A stretch of 64,000 nucleotides of DNA from Candidatus Heimdallarchaeota archaeon (GTDB lineage Archaea; Asgardarchaeota; Heimdallarchaeia; Heimdallarchaeales; Heimdallarchaeaceae): assembly GCA_018238545.1 (NCBI GenBank), contig JABCTC010000011.1, forward strand, positions 28,340 through 92,339. The letters run 5' to 3'. Made by a program: the position numbers and the translations under genes. Each line of letters opens with the position of its first letter. The first letter of the stretch is position 1. Below are positions 29,987 to 40,751 of the stretch, piece after piece. The notes beneath the pieces were generated by a model, which did no database searches, was not told the origin of the DNA, and saw only the letters and a program-made list of their open reading frames with translations.

Positions 29987-31332
29987 TCATCTTTTTGTAT
30001 CACTTTTTTCTTCTTAGGTAAATCTATTAGTTGATCTACAGTGATTAATGTTACACCAATCAATCCCATTACAAGCCCTTCAATTTGTGCTTCATTTCGC
30101 AAGAAAGTATAATTTATTGCAATTGTTGCTTCATAGTAGAATGTTTCAGAAATGTTCCATTGACTAACAAAAGCAATAACATAATTATTTTCAACGGCTG
30201 TTGTTTCATTAAGTAATATACTGATCCCTGCAGAATTTTCCTCGTGAATTAATTGTTTAACGAAGTAACTCTCCTCTACTATGGGGTTTGTCAAAGAGTT
30301 GTAACTAACAATCATGTTTGCATAAGTTATATTCTGATCATAATACTGTAAAGTCAAATTATCAAAAGCATTGAAGAAATCAAAGAAAGTGTTGTTATTT
30401 GTTAACACTACAGTAGTGTTATATGGAGTAAGACCGTACTCACTTTGAAAAATCAGTTCTGTTGAAGATTGTGGTCTATTAGTAAAAACAAGTCCCAAAG
30501 TTGGATCAAAATAATTCTGCGTATTAACATAATTAGAAGAAACTTGATAATTAACTACTCTTTCCTGTCCAATTACTGGTCCAAGTAACAAACCTGCGCC
30601 AATAAAAAATAACCCAATTAAAGTCATTTGTTTAGAAATTCTTTTCCAAGTAATCTTCAATATCCTTCCAGTTTTATTTGGTTCATTCTTCTTTTTCCTT
30701 TTCTTCCTCTTAAAGACTGGTAGCACTATTACAACTAACCAAGTAATCATAATAATCAGATGAAGTCCAAATTGCTCAATAGGCAAATCCCAGTAATTGC
30801 CCACAATCTGACTTCTCTCAGCTTGTGTTAAATCCACAAAAAACATGCCTGTCCCTTCTTGAAAAGAGTAGATTCTCCAATCTGGAATAATTCCAAGGAA
30901 GGATAAGGGAAAGAATAACCATGGCTGGTTTTCGAATCTAAGATATACTGATAATTCATAGAAATTTGTATCTATAGGCCAGAATAGAAGTATTGGATCC
31001 CAACCTAAATCTAGACCTATATGTAATAACCACATGATTGAAGCAAGTTTGAAAAATCTGATAATTCTTTTACCTCTTTCATCAAAAGAATTAGTTCGTT
31101 TATTGATTAAACCTATAACAATAAAGCTCAATAAAACAAATGCCGGTGGGATTATACTGTGTGTATACGACCGATGCGTCCCAATTAGCAGGTCTATATC
31201 AGGGAAAATAGCAAAAACGTTTATCAGGAGAAATTCCCATCTATGTTCCTTATAATATTCTCGGTTTTCCTTAGACAACAATAACCAAACAATAAGACCT
31301 TGCAATGCTAGGTGTGTAAAAGTATAAGTCAT
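29983..31332 (-). CDS. Membrane protein: YdjM-like metal-dependent hydrolase domain plus large extracytoplasmic C-terminal domain
   Basis: TH..PDID...HRSYTHS...HIGLD; later TM helices flank a domain rich in N-x-S/T sequons. Confidence 0.75.
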   Translation of the reverse strand: MTYTFTHLALQGLIVWLLLSKENREYYKEHRWEFLLINVFAIFPDIDLLIGTHRSYTHSIIPPAFVLLSFIVIGLINKRTNSFDERGKRIIRFFKLASIMWLLHIGLDLGWDPILLFWPIDTNFYELSVYLRFENQPWLFFPLSFLGIIPDWRIYSFQEGTGMFFVDLTQAERSQIVGNYWDLPIEQFGLHLIIMITWLVVIVLPVFKRKKRKKKNEPNKTGRILKITWKRISKQMTLIGLFFIGAGLLLGPVIGQERVVNYQVSSNYVNTQNYFDPTLGLVFTNRPQSSTELIFQSEYGLTPYNTTVVLTNNNTFFDFFNAFDNLTLQYYDQNITYANMIVSYNSLTNPIVEESYFVKQLIHEENSAGISILLNETTAVENNYVIAFVSQWNISETFYYEATIAINYTFLRNEAQIEGLVMGLIGVTLITVDQLIDLPKKKKVIQKDD

Positions 31333-31562
31333 TCTATCACTCGTTTTTTCTTAAAATTTATAGCACTCTATTCATTAAGTAGTTTCTTATTTTCACATTT
31401 TGCACAAAATTTCACTTAAAAAACATAATGGATCGCTAGTTAAAATGATTATTAGTTTATATACTAAAAGTTCTTTATATTAATGGGAGTAAAATTTAGG
31501 CTTGTTGAAGTAAGACTTATTATACTGAAAGAAATGAGTCTGTAAGTAGTAAGGTTGACAAA

Positions 31563-34500
31563 ATGCATGTTGATATGACCTCCACTCCAGTTGAAAGATT
31601 CCGCGAATTCTATCAAGGTTACCAGGATGAGAATGGGAAGCATATTTACATTGAACAAGTTCAGAAAATGTCTCTTGAGGGGCTTTCTTCAGTAATTCTC
31701 AATTATGATGATCTGTTAAGATACGACCCAGAACTTGCAAGGCTTCTCAGAGAGAATCCTGAGGAAACTATCAAAGCAGCTGATGATGCTTTAGTTGAAG
31801 TTCTTCGTGTTGAAGATCCTATTTATGCTTCAAGTGGAGAAGTGTTTCATGCACGATTTATCAGCATTCCAGATATAGTGGATCTAAGAAGATTAAGATC
31901 TGTTCATCTTGGTCAATTCATCTCTGTTGAAGGGATAATTATCAGACAAAGTGTTGTCAAACCACTTTTAGTTCAAGGTGTATTTCAATGTGCGATATGT
32001 GGAGAGGTGCATTATATCAACCAAGAGGATGGGATGTATGCCGAGCCCTCTAGGTGTGTTAATCCCAATTGTGGGAAGAAAGGACCCTTCAAATTATTAA
32101 CTGAAGAATCAACCTACACCGATTTACAAACTGTAACTGTTCAAGAGAAACCAGAAGAATTACCTCCTGGACAAATCCCAAGATCACTGCCTTCAAGATT
32201 AGTAGGAGATTTAGTAGACTCTGTTAGAGCAGGTGACAGAGCTATAGCTTCAGGTATCCTAAAAATGCGTCCATCTCGTACAGCTCAAGGTAAAAGTAAA
32301 ACAGCGACATTTGATCCATGGTTAGATGTAAACTTCATATCGTCTAAAGATAAAGAATATGAAGACATAGAAATCGACCCTGAAACAGAGGAAGAAATTA
32401 TTAAACTTTCCAAGGATCTTAATATTCATAGAAGGATAGTGCGATCAATAGCACCTTCAATTTATGGGATGGAAACAATAAAGGAAGCACTAGCTTCAGT
32501 GTTGTTTGGAGGAGTATCAAGAGTTGCACCAGATGGGATGAAACAAAGAGGAGATTCAAATGTACTGTTAGTAGGTGATCCTGGAGTCGCAAAGTGTTGT
32601 CATGGTGAGACTGAAATCCTTGAAGTTAACGGTGTGACCACAACTATTGAGAAAATTGTGAATAAACAGCTGGCTATTAATTCTACAAAGATTGACGATG
32701 GCTATTATGCCGAAGGAACCTTACCAATTTTTACATTAAATATGAATGGTAAACTAGAAAAATCAGTTGCAAACATTTTCTGGAAGAGAGAAGCACCAAA
32801 AATCATGTTTAAAATTAAAACAAATTTAGGGAACGAAATTACAGTAACTCCTACACACCCATTTTTTGTAACAGAAAATTGTGAAATAGAGAGCAAGAAA
32901 GCGAAATTATTAAAAGTTGGGGATTTTATTGCATCACCTCTAGGTGTACAAAATGAATCAGAGTCATCGATAGACATCGATATTAAAAAAGGTCTAACAA
33001 CTGCACAAAAGGTAAATATTCCAAAGAAGATTACGCCTGAGCTAGCTAGATTGTTAGGATACCTCTGTGGTGATGGATGTGTATATGAAGCTAATACTTC
33101 TTATGTAACATCTTTCACCAATGCTGATAAAAAGCTGATAGATGACTACATATACTGTTTTGAACAATCATTTAAGAACATTAATTTTTATCAAGAAAAT
33201 AAAATAAACAGTCCTCAAACCAGAGAGATTCGTGCTTATTCCATTGAATTAGGTAGGTTTTTCCAGAAACTAGCACCTTCACTTCTGGAAGGGTCGGACA
33301 ATAAACGAGTTCCGAATGCAATAATGAAGGCACCTAATGAATTATCAAAGGAATTCTTAAAAGGATACTTTGATGCAGATGGAACTGTAAATAAAAAACG
33401 AGCGACGATTTCTGCAACATCTTCCAGTGGGAAATTACTGTCAGATATTCAATTGCTACTTAGAAGACATAATATTGTCTCACAGATAGGTTATACTCAT
33501 TCTAAAAGTCAAACTTCTAAGAAAAAGAAATATCATAGATTGAAAATTACTTCTATTGTCAATTTTAAGAATTTCAAGCATGAAATCGGGTTTAGTTCCA
33601 TTAAAAATGAAAGATTAGATAAAAACTTTTATTCTAACACAAATATTAACGTGGTACCTGGACTAAGCCAATTCCTATTAGAACTACGAGAAGAATATGG
33701 ATTATCTCAATATGAGATGGGAATTACAAGAAGTACATACCAACACTATGAAAAAGGAGATAGAAATCCCTCAAGGGGTAAATTAAGAGAAATTATTCTA
33801 GAAATTAGTAGAATCAAACAAAGTATAAAAATAGAACAACTGCAAAAGTTGATCGATGCGGATATTTTTTGGACAAGAATCGTATCAATCAAAGAAATTA
33901 TTCCAGATTTTGAATGGGTTTATGATTTACAGGTTCCGGAAACACACAACTTTGTTGCTAATGGTATATTTGTTCACAATAGCCAAATGTTGCAATATAT
34001 AGCGCGATTAGCTCCTAGAGGATTACTAACCTCTGGAAAGGCAAGCTCGGCCGCAGGACTTACCGCAGCTGTCGTTCGTGATCCCGATTCAGGCGAGTTT
34101 ACTTTAGAAGCTGGTGCGTTAGTATTAGCAGATAGGGGTGTTTGTCTTATTGATGAATTCGATAAGATGAACCCAGTCGACCGTTCTGCGATACATGAGG
34201 CGATGGAGCAACATACGATCAGTATTGCGAAAGCAGGGATAGTTGCTACGCTTAATGCTCGAACCTCTATCATTGCCGCTGCTAATCCTCGTTTTGGTAG
34301 GTATGAAGACTCTCGTCCTCCCAATGAAAATATCAATCTTCCCCCTACTATTCTATCTCGTTTCGATTTGATTTTTGTTATCAAAGATATACCTGACGAA
34401 GATAAAGACAAAAAAATGGCTAGACACATATTAGAATTGAGAAGAGGGCATATTACTGAAGCTGTAGAACCTGTTATTCCAATGGAGTTACTTCGAAAAT

Positions 34501-35015
34501 ATATCAGTTATGCAAAACAACAAGTTGAGCCAGCTTTAACTGATGAAGCTATGGAAAGAATTGAAGCCTATTATTTAGATTTAAGGAAAACTTCAGATGA
34601 GAATACAGCTATAGCTATTACACCCAGATATCTTGAAGCAATTATTCGTTTATCTGAATCTCAAGCAAGAATGGCTTTGAAAGATGAAGTTACAATTGAT
34701 CATGTTGAAGCTGCTATAAATCTTCTAAGATCTTCTCTAGAACAGGTAGGAAAAGATCCAGTTACAGGTAAAGTTGATATTGACTTCTTACTTTCAGGAA
34801 CAACTAAGGCTACTAGATCAAAAATGCAAACTGTTATTGATTTAATTAAAGAGGAATCTCGAAAAGGAACCGTTGACATAGTGCCAGTTAGGAAAATCAA
34901 AGAGCTTGCCAAAGAGAATAATATCGAAGAAGATTTTGTAGATAAAGTTATAGAACAACTTCGAAGTAATGGTGAGATATATTCACCAAGAGATGGTTAC
35001 GTTAAGTTAGCATAA
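31563..35015 (+). CDS. mcm: Replicative helicase MCM, intein-containing
   Basis: C4 zinc finger, QEKPE, SIAPSIYG, GDPGVAK|SQ, AGLTAAV, IDEFDKM, HEAMEQ, SRFD; 688-aa extein. Confidence 0.97.
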   Translation: MHVDMTSTPVERFREFYQGYQDENGKHIYIEQVQKMSLEGLSSVILNYDDLLRYDPELARLLRENPEETIKAADDALVEVLRVEDPIYASSGEVFHARFISIPDIVDLRRLRSVHLGQFISVEGIIIRQSVVKPLLVQGVFQCAICGEVHYINQEDGMYAEPSRCVNPNCGKKGPFKLLTEESTYTDLQTVTVQEKPEELPPGQIPRSLPSRLVGDLVDSVRAGDRAIASGILKMRPSRTAQGKSKTATFDPWLDVNFISSKDKEYEDIEIDPETEEEIIKLSKDLNIHRRIVRSIAPSIYGMETIKEALASVLFGGVSRVAPDGMKQRGDSNVLLVGDPGVAKCCHGETEILEVNGVTTTIEKIVNKQLAINSTKIDDGYYAEGTLPIFTLNMNGKLEKSVANIFWKREAPKIMFKIKTNLGNEITVTPTHPFFVTENCEIESKKAKLLKVGDFIASPLGVQNESESSIDIDIKKGLTTAQKVNIPKKITPELARLLGYLCGDGCVYEANTSYVTSFTNADKKLIDDYIYCFEQSFKNINFYQENKINSPQTREIRAYSIELGRFFQKLAPSLLEGSDNKRVPNAIMKAPNELSKEFLKGYFDADGTVNKKRATISATSSSGKLLSDIQLLLRRHNIVSQIGYTHSKSQTSKKKKYHRLKITSIVNFKNFKHEIGFSSIKNERLDKNFYSNTNINVVPGLSQFLLELREEYGLSQYEMGITRSTYQHYEKGDRNPSRGKLREIILEISRIKQSIKIEQLQKLIDADIFWTRIVSIKEIIPDFEWVYDLQVPETHNFVANGIFVHNSQMLQYIARLAPRGLLTSGKASSAAGLTAAVVRDPDSGEFTLEAGALVLADRGVCLIDEFDKMNPVDRSAIHEAMEQHTISIAKAGIVATLNARTSIIAAANPRFGRYEDSRPPNENINLPPTILSRFDLIFVIKDIPDEDKDKKMARHILELRRGHITEAVEPVIPMELLRKYISYAKQQVEPALTDEAMERIEAYYLDLRKTSDENTAIAITPRYLEAIIRLSESQARMALKDEVTIDHVEAAINLLRSSLEQVGKDPVTGKVDIDFLLSGTTKATRSKMQTVIDLIKEESRKGTVDIVPVRKIKELAKENNIEEDFVDKVIEQLRSNGEIYSPRDGYVKLA
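32595..33980 (+). mobile_element. Intein (462 aa) with LAGLIDADG endonuclease and XRE-type HTH, inserted in the MCM Walker A
   Basis: Starts CCHGETEI; VTPTHPF; LLGYLCGDG, FLKGYFDADG; ends VYDLQVPETHNFVANGIFVHN, followed by Ser. Confidence 0.95.
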
Positions 35016-35026
35016 TTTTGTGATGT

Positions 35027-37276
35027 TTGATGAATATTGCAGATCTTCCCATCCCGCAAATTGTGAAAGATAAATTAGCGAAGGAAGGAATAATTTCTCT
35101 CTACCCACCTCAAGTAGAGGCCATAAACAAGAAACTACTTGATGGGAATAATCTTGTTGTTGCTATACCTACAGCTTCTGGTAAAACACTTTTAGCAATT
35201 TTAGCAAGTTTGAAAGTAATCGCTGATAAAGGGTTAAAAACGCTATATCTTTCACCTCTGAGAGCTCTTGCTTATGAGAAATTTATTGAATTCAAAAACT
35301 ATCTAGACTTGTTAGGTAAAAGAACTATTCTACTAACTGGTGACTATGATGGAGAGGATAGTAATGCAAAATATGCTGATGTGATCATTGCAACAAATGA
35401 GAAGATTGATTCCGCAATTCGACATCAAGCTAAGTGGATTAGTAAGATTGGTTTGGTTGTAGCTGATGAGGTTCATCTCATTAATGACTCATCTAGAGGT
35501 CCTACATTAGAAGTTGTTTTAGCGCAACTCAGAAAATTAACAAAAGCACAGATTTTAGCTCTTAGTGCGACAATAAGAAATGCTGATGAAATCGCTAGAT
35601 GGTTAGAAGCGGAACTCGTTTCTAGCGATTGGCGACCGGTTAAATTGAATGAAGGGGTTCTCAATGGCAATCAAATAATCTATGAAAATCACACAGCTTC
35701 TATACCATTAATCTATAAAAACAGTTTCAATAATCTAATCACACATATATTAAAAAAGAAAAAACAAGCCTTGGTTTTTGTTACAACAAGAAATATGGCA
35801 GAATCAACAGCAAGGAATCTAATTAACAACGTGAAAAAAACACTTACAAGAGAGGAACAAGAACAATTGCTTTTAGCAGCAAAAAAAATAACTACCTCAG
35901 GAGAACAAACTAAACAAGCCAAAAACCTTGCTCAATTAGTTCAAAATGGGGTCTCATTCCATCATGCTGGATTAAGTCCAACCCAAAGAAGAATAATAGA
36001 GGAGAATTTCAAAAAAGGTTTCATCAAAATCCTTAGTGCCACTCCAACTCTTGCTGCGGGAATCAATTTGCCAGCTCGATATGTTATAATAAAAAGCATC
36101 TATCGATATGATGTTACATTGGGTAGTTATCCCATTCCTGTTTTAGAATTTAAACAACAATCTGGAAGAGCTGGAAGGCCTCAATATGATAAAGAAGGAG
36201 ATGCTATAGTTATTGCAAAGAATGATTACGATGCTCAAAACCTTCTAGAGATGTATATTACAGCTGATACTGAAGATATAGATTCTAAAATAGCTGCAGA
36301 ACCAGCACTACGGCGTATAGTTTTAGGTCAGATTGCGACTGATAACACTCAATCTTTAGACGAATTACACGAGTTCTTCGGCCAGACTTTTTATGGCTAT
36401 CAACAAGATCCAACAAGTTTAAGCACAATTCTCCGAAAAGTCATCAAATTTTTAAGAGAAGAAAGTCTTATTACAAAAGATCCAGATTACTTAATTGCTA
36501 CAAATTTTGGTAAACGCGTTAGTCAACTATATATTGACCCTCTTAGTGGAATAATTATCAGGCAAGGGTTGATAAGAGCAAAACCAATGGCTAAAGGTTT
36601 ACTCACAGACATCAGTTTTCTTCATTTAGTCTGTTCAACACCAGATGTTAGATTTACAACTGTCAAAAAAGATGACCAATTCAGATTAATTAATTATGTA
36701 AGTGATCACGAAGATGAATTTCTATTAGACCTTCCCACAACATCTTTTGAATTAGAATTATTTATGAGTCAATTAAAAACTGCATTAATTCTTAAAGATT
36801 GGATTGCTGAAACACCAGAGGATACGATGTTAGATAGGTATAAAATTGGTAGTGGTGACATATATTCAGTCGTAGCAAATTCAGAATGGTTGTTATATGC
36901 AACTGCTGAAATAGCTAAATTGTTGGGTCATAAGGAGATAGCAGAACGTACAAATATCCTGCACAACAGGATTGTAAACGGAATAAAAGGAGAGTTAGTT
37001 GACCTCGTAATGATTCCAGGTATAGGTAGAGTAAGAGCAAGAATGCTTTTTGATAAGGGTTACAAAACAAGGGAAATATTGAAGCAGACTAAACCCTCAG
37101 ACATAATGAAACTCTCAGGGTTTGGAAAAGAACTAGTCAAATCTATTTATTCTCATCTGTTGGGAGAAAAGTTTGTCGAAAGAGAGATTGGTCCAACAAG
37201 TGAAGAAGAGAAAACTGATTCAGACATTTTGAATTCAATCCCACAGAAAAGTTTAGATGATTTTTTCTCCAAATGA
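35027..37276 (+). CDS. hel308: Hel308/Hjm Ski2-like DNA helicase
   Basis: LYPPQ, PTASGKT, DEVH, SAT, FHHAGL, TPTLAAGINLP, GRAGRP, C-terminal HhH. Confidence 0.93.
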   Translation: MMNIADLPIPQIVKDKLAKEGIISLYPPQVEAINKKLLDGNNLVVAIPTASGKTLLAILASLKVIADKGLKTLYLSPLRALAYEKFIEFKNYLDLLGKRTILLTGDYDGEDSNAKYADVIIATNEKIDSAIRHQAKWISKIGLVVADEVHLINDSSRGPTLEVVLAQLRKLTKAQILALSATIRNADEIARWLEAELVSSDWRPVKLNEGVLNGNQIIYENHTASIPLIYKNSFNNLITHILKKKKQALVFVTTRNMAESTARNLINNVKKTLTREEQEQLLLAAKKITTSGEQTKQAKNLAQLVQNGVSFHHAGLSPTQRRIIEENFKKGFIKILSATPTLAAGINLPARYVIIKSIYRYDVTLGSYPIPVLEFKQQSGRAGRPQYDKEGDAIVIAKNDYDAQNLLEMYITADTEDIDSKIAAEPALRRIVLGQIATDNTQSLDELHEFFGQTFYGYQQDPTSLSTILRKVIKFLREESLITKDPDYLIATNFGKRVSQLYIDPLSGIIIRQGLIRAKPMAKGLLTDISFLHLVCSTPDVRFTTVKKDDQFRLINYVSDHEDEFLLDLPTTSFELELFMSQLKTALILKDWIAETPEDTMLDRYKIGSGDIYSVVANSEWLLYATAEIAKLLGHKEIAERTNILHNRIVNGIKGELVDLVMIPGIGRVRARMLFDKGYKTREILKQTKPSDIMKLSGFGKELVKSIYSHLLGEKFVEREIGPTSEEEKTDSDILNSIPQKSLDDFFSK

Positions 37277-37319
37277 GCAATACTTTAAAAATATTAGAAA
37301 TACTGTCGAGTTGGTAATA

Positions 37320-37874
37320 GTGAGTTCAGAAGAATTAGTTTTGAAAGAGCTTGAAAGAATTCAATTTGATTTCGAAAATAAAGACATTTCTGTCAAATGT
37401 TTGAAGAATCTTGAAGAATTCGACATGGGAGACAGGAAAATTAAGTTGCTAAAAGGAGTTAGAATAAAGGTTCCCTTCTGGCTTGCAATTTTTCTGGAAA
37501 AAGATGGTTATATTGAGTTTGAAGAAAAGAATGAAATGAATTTTCCTATTTTATATAAATTGTCAAAGAAAGAAGGAGATAACATTGCCCTTCAAGAGCT
37601 AAGTTCCTATTTTTATATTGCTATGAGGAAGACCTACGAGGAGTTTAAAGATAAGAAGAAATCCATCCCTTATCGTCAAATTGAAGCAATTGATATGAAA
37701 TTAAGAGAACTTATGACTATGAGGCTTTCCAAAATAATAAAAATTGCTGAAAAAGGGAGAAATATTACCACTAAAACACGTAATTTCACACCAGAAGAGC
37801 GATGGTTGTTCGAATTTGTTTCTGAAGCAATTGAAAAATGGAAGGCTATAGTTAAAGTTTCAGATATAGAATAA
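37320..37874 (+). CDS. GINS subunit (Gins23 / Psf2-Psf3-like)
   Basis: VPFWLAIFL B-domain followed by helical A-domain (R..KI, NFTPEE); near mcm; start GTG 37320 inferred. Confidence 0.8.
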   Translation: MSSEELVLKELERIQFDFENKDISVKCLKNLEEFDMGDRKIKLLKGVRIKVPFWLAIFLEKDGYIEFEEKNEMNFPILYKLSKKEGDNIALQELSSYFYIAMRKTYEEFKDKKKSIPYRQIEAIDMKLRELMTMRLSKIIKIAEKGRNITTKTRNFTPEERWLFEFVSEAIEKWKAIVKVSDIE

Positions 37875-37924
37875 GATTGATATTTAGTAACAAAATTTAT
37901 ATCATAGTTTTCCTTTTGCTTTAT

Positions 37925-39538
37925 GTGCCGAAGTATATCTTTGTTTGTGGAGCTTTAATTTCTGGATTAGGGAAAGGAGTTGTAACATCTTCAATAGGGA
38001 AGAATCTCCAAGTACGTGGGAAAACAGTTAATGTTATCAAAATTGATCCTTATCTTAACATTGATGCAGGAACTATGAATCCTTATGAACACGGGGAAAC
38101 GTATGTAACAGCTGATGGGTCGGAGATAGATGTTGATTTCGGTCATTATGAACGCATACTAAATTTAGAAATGAGCGGAGATCAAAACATAACAACTGGT
38201 CAAGTTTATCAATCTGTAATAGAAAAGGAAAGAAAGGGAGATTTTCTAGGGAAAACTGTTCAAGTAATTCCCCATATAACAGATGAAATCAAACGTAGAA
38301 TAAAATATATCGCAGAAAGAGTACCAAATCTAGACGCTCTAATCATCGAGGTAGGTGGAACAATTGGTGATATTGAAAGCCAACATTTCCTAGAAGCAAT
38401 TAGACAACTTCGAAGAGAAATGCCTCAAGAAGACACTCTTTTAGTGCTAGTAACGTATATTTTAGAACCTCCCAATTTAAAAGAGCAAAAAACTAAACCC
38501 ATCCAACATGCTGTAAGAGATTTGCAAGCCATGGGGTTAAAACCAGATATTATGGTCGCCCGTGGTGCTAATAATCTGACACAAAAATCAAAAGAAAAAA
38601 TTATCATGTTTTGTGATGTGCCTGCTAATGCAGTATTCTCATTACCTGATTTAGACAATGTATTATCCGCCCCATTATGTTTGGATAAACAGGGATTTGG
38701 TTCAACTCTGAATCTTAAAATGAGGTTTGAGGACATTTCTGCGGATTGGTCAGAGGAAGAGAGACTACTTGAAAAATTCTCTAAGAAAGACAAAAATATA
38801 CACATCGCCATTATTGGAAAGTATACTGAATTAGCTGATTCTTATATTAGTGTAAAGGAGGCTATTCGCCATTCTGCAGCTCATAGTGATGTTCATGCTA
38901 GCATTGAATTTATCTCAACAGAAGATTATGAAGAGAATTCAGAAAGGATTCATGAGTTAAACAAATTTGATGGCATCCTAGTTCCAGGAGGCTTTGGGTC
39001 AAGAGGAGCTGAAGGCAAAATTTCTGTTATAACCTATTGTAGAGAAAACAAAATACCTTTTTTGGGTATTTGTTATGGATTTCAGCTTGCAGTTATAGAA
39101 TTCGCACGAAATAGCTGTAACCTTGATAACGCTAACACTACAGAAGTTGACATCGAAACACCTCATCCTGTAATCGATATCTTACCTGAGCAGAAAGGAA
39201 TTAGTGATTTGGGCGGAACTATGAGACTTGGAAAACACAAAATTCTCATTGACAAAGATACACTCTTCGAGAAACTTTATGAGTCAAATATCATAGCAGA
39301 AAGACATAGACATAGATATGAGGTTAATCCCGAATATATTGAACAACTTAAGGATAAGGGTTTAATTTTCTCTGGCCGTTCTGAAGATGGTAAAAGGATG
39401 GAAACTCTTGAATTAGACAATCATCCATGTTTTATTGCTACACAATATCATCCCGAATTTCAATCACGACCACATAAACCAGCTCCACCATTCATGCAAT
39501 TTGTTATGTCAGCAACTAAGAGATCTGTACAAAAATAG
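37925..39538 (+). CDS. pyrG: CTP synthase
   Basis: KYIFV.G..SGLGKG, KIDPYLN, GGTIGDIES, KTKP.Q, GICYG, HRHRYE, QYHPE; start GTG 37925. Confidence 0.97.
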   Translation: MPKYIFVCGALISGLGKGVVTSSIGKNLQVRGKTVNVIKIDPYLNIDAGTMNPYEHGETYVTADGSEIDVDFGHYERILNLEMSGDQNITTGQVYQSVIEKERKGDFLGKTVQVIPHITDEIKRRIKYIAERVPNLDALIIEVGGTIGDIESQHFLEAIRQLRREMPQEDTLLVLVTYILEPPNLKEQKTKPIQHAVRDLQAMGLKPDIMVARGANNLTQKSKEKIIMFCDVPANAVFSLPDLDNVLSAPLCLDKQGFGSTLNLKMRFEDISADWSEEERLLEKFSKKDKNIHIAIIGKYTELADSYISVKEAIRHSAAHSDVHASIEFISTEDYEENSERIHELNKFDGILVPGGFGSRGAEGKISVITYCRENKIPFLGICYGFQLAVIEFARNSCNLDNANTTEVDIETPHPVIDILPEQKGISDLGGTMRLGKHKILIDKDTLFEKLYESNIIAERHRHRYEVNPEYIEQLKDKGLIFSGRSEDGKRMETLELDNHPCFIATQYHPEFQSRPHKPAPPFMQFVMSATKRSVQK

Positions 39539-39584
39539 TGAAAAACACATTTACTTAATATAGGATAATGTTTACATAACTATT

Positions 39585-40751
39585 GTGACCAGCAATATGG
39601 GAGTTCAAGATAAAATTGACAAGGTTATTGATGATATCTCCAAAAAGATTCAAAAATATAATGAACATAGAAAACTCTTTCAGAATCTGTTCAAACAAGC
39701 AAAAAAAACTTTGAATCCTTCTAAGTTTCCAGTGAACTTTGGCATCGTCACAACAGATAGTACATTTACTAAAAAAGTAGCTTCTACAAATATAGATGGT
39801 TTGAAAATAGCCGGTGTAGATGGTGGAGTAATTCATAGATCTCTCAATTTCTTTGATATTGCACTTATCAGAGCGGTTGGAGTTCTTTTTTACCATCGTA
39901 AAGATGATAATCCAATGGTTCGTTATTTTCCTGAAGAGCAACCCTTTCCGGATATTCTTACTAGTATTGAACCTTTATCCCAGAATGAGCTTGAAACATT
40001 GATTTCTATCTGGCGTATGCAGAAGGAGATTCGTTGTGGTTTATCTCTTTTAGAGGAAGATCAACCTGATATAATAATGTTAGATGGATCTGTCCTTCCT
40101 GTTCTAGATGGTAGGGAAGTCAAACAAAGCGAGTTTCTTTTGCAACAATATCTAAACCTAAAAGCACTTTATCGGAAACTTTATTCAAAATGTCAAAGAA
40201 ATCGAATAGCGTTATGTGGAATTGTTAAGGATTCTCGTTCCGCTATTCTTACAAACAAATTAGCAGCTATTCTACCTCATTTAAGCAAATTAAAGGGTTT
40301 TGAACAATTAATTGAAATTGATTATCGCCCCATTATCAGACAACTTCGGGATACAGATTTACTGTTCCAAGTTCTAGATACAAATGAGCGAACATTTGAA
40401 TTTCTACTCACTAAATTCAATGATGAAACAGATAAAGGTTTACCAGATTTTGAAATTCATTGCTTTTATCAAAAAACAGCTGAATTTGATACACCTTTAA
40501 GAATTGAATTCCCAGTATTAAATATTGCAGAAGGTAATATAGTAGAGAAAATCTCATCTTTAGTTAATGCAGTATCAAAATACAATCCTGAATATGGACT
40601 GCCAAATGTTATTATAGAAGCAGATGCAAGAGCACGAATACAGGAGACAGATGCTGATATCCTTGTAGATGAAATAGCAGCAAAGATTGGTTACTCAAGT
40701 TTCTCGTTACAAAAACGAAGAAGTAGGGGACCATTTAAAACAGGTGTCTAA
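39585..40751 (+). CDS. nurA: NurA 5'-3' nuclease
   Basis: AGVDGG, E, MLDGS, GIVKDS, YGLP...EAD..A; immediately upstream of herA. Confidence 0.9.
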   Translation: MTSNMGVQDKIDKVIDDISKKIQKYNEHRKLFQNLFKQAKKTLNPSKFPVNFGIVTTDSTFTKKVASTNIDGLKIAGVDGGVIHRSLNFFDIALIRAVGVLFYHRKDDNPMVRYFPEEQPFPDILTSIEPLSQNELETLISIWRMQKEIRCGLSLLEEDQPDIIMLDGSVLPVLDGREVKQSEFLLQQYLNLKALYRKLYSKCQRNRIALCGIVKDSRSAILTNKLAAILPHLSKLKGFEQLIEIDYRPIIRQLRDTDLLFQVLDTNERTFEFLLTKFNDETDKGLPDFEIHCFYQKTAEFDTPLRIEFPVLNIAEGNIVEKISSLVNAVSKYNPEYGLPNVIIEADARARIQETDADILVDEIAAKIGYSSFSLQKRRSRGPFKTGV

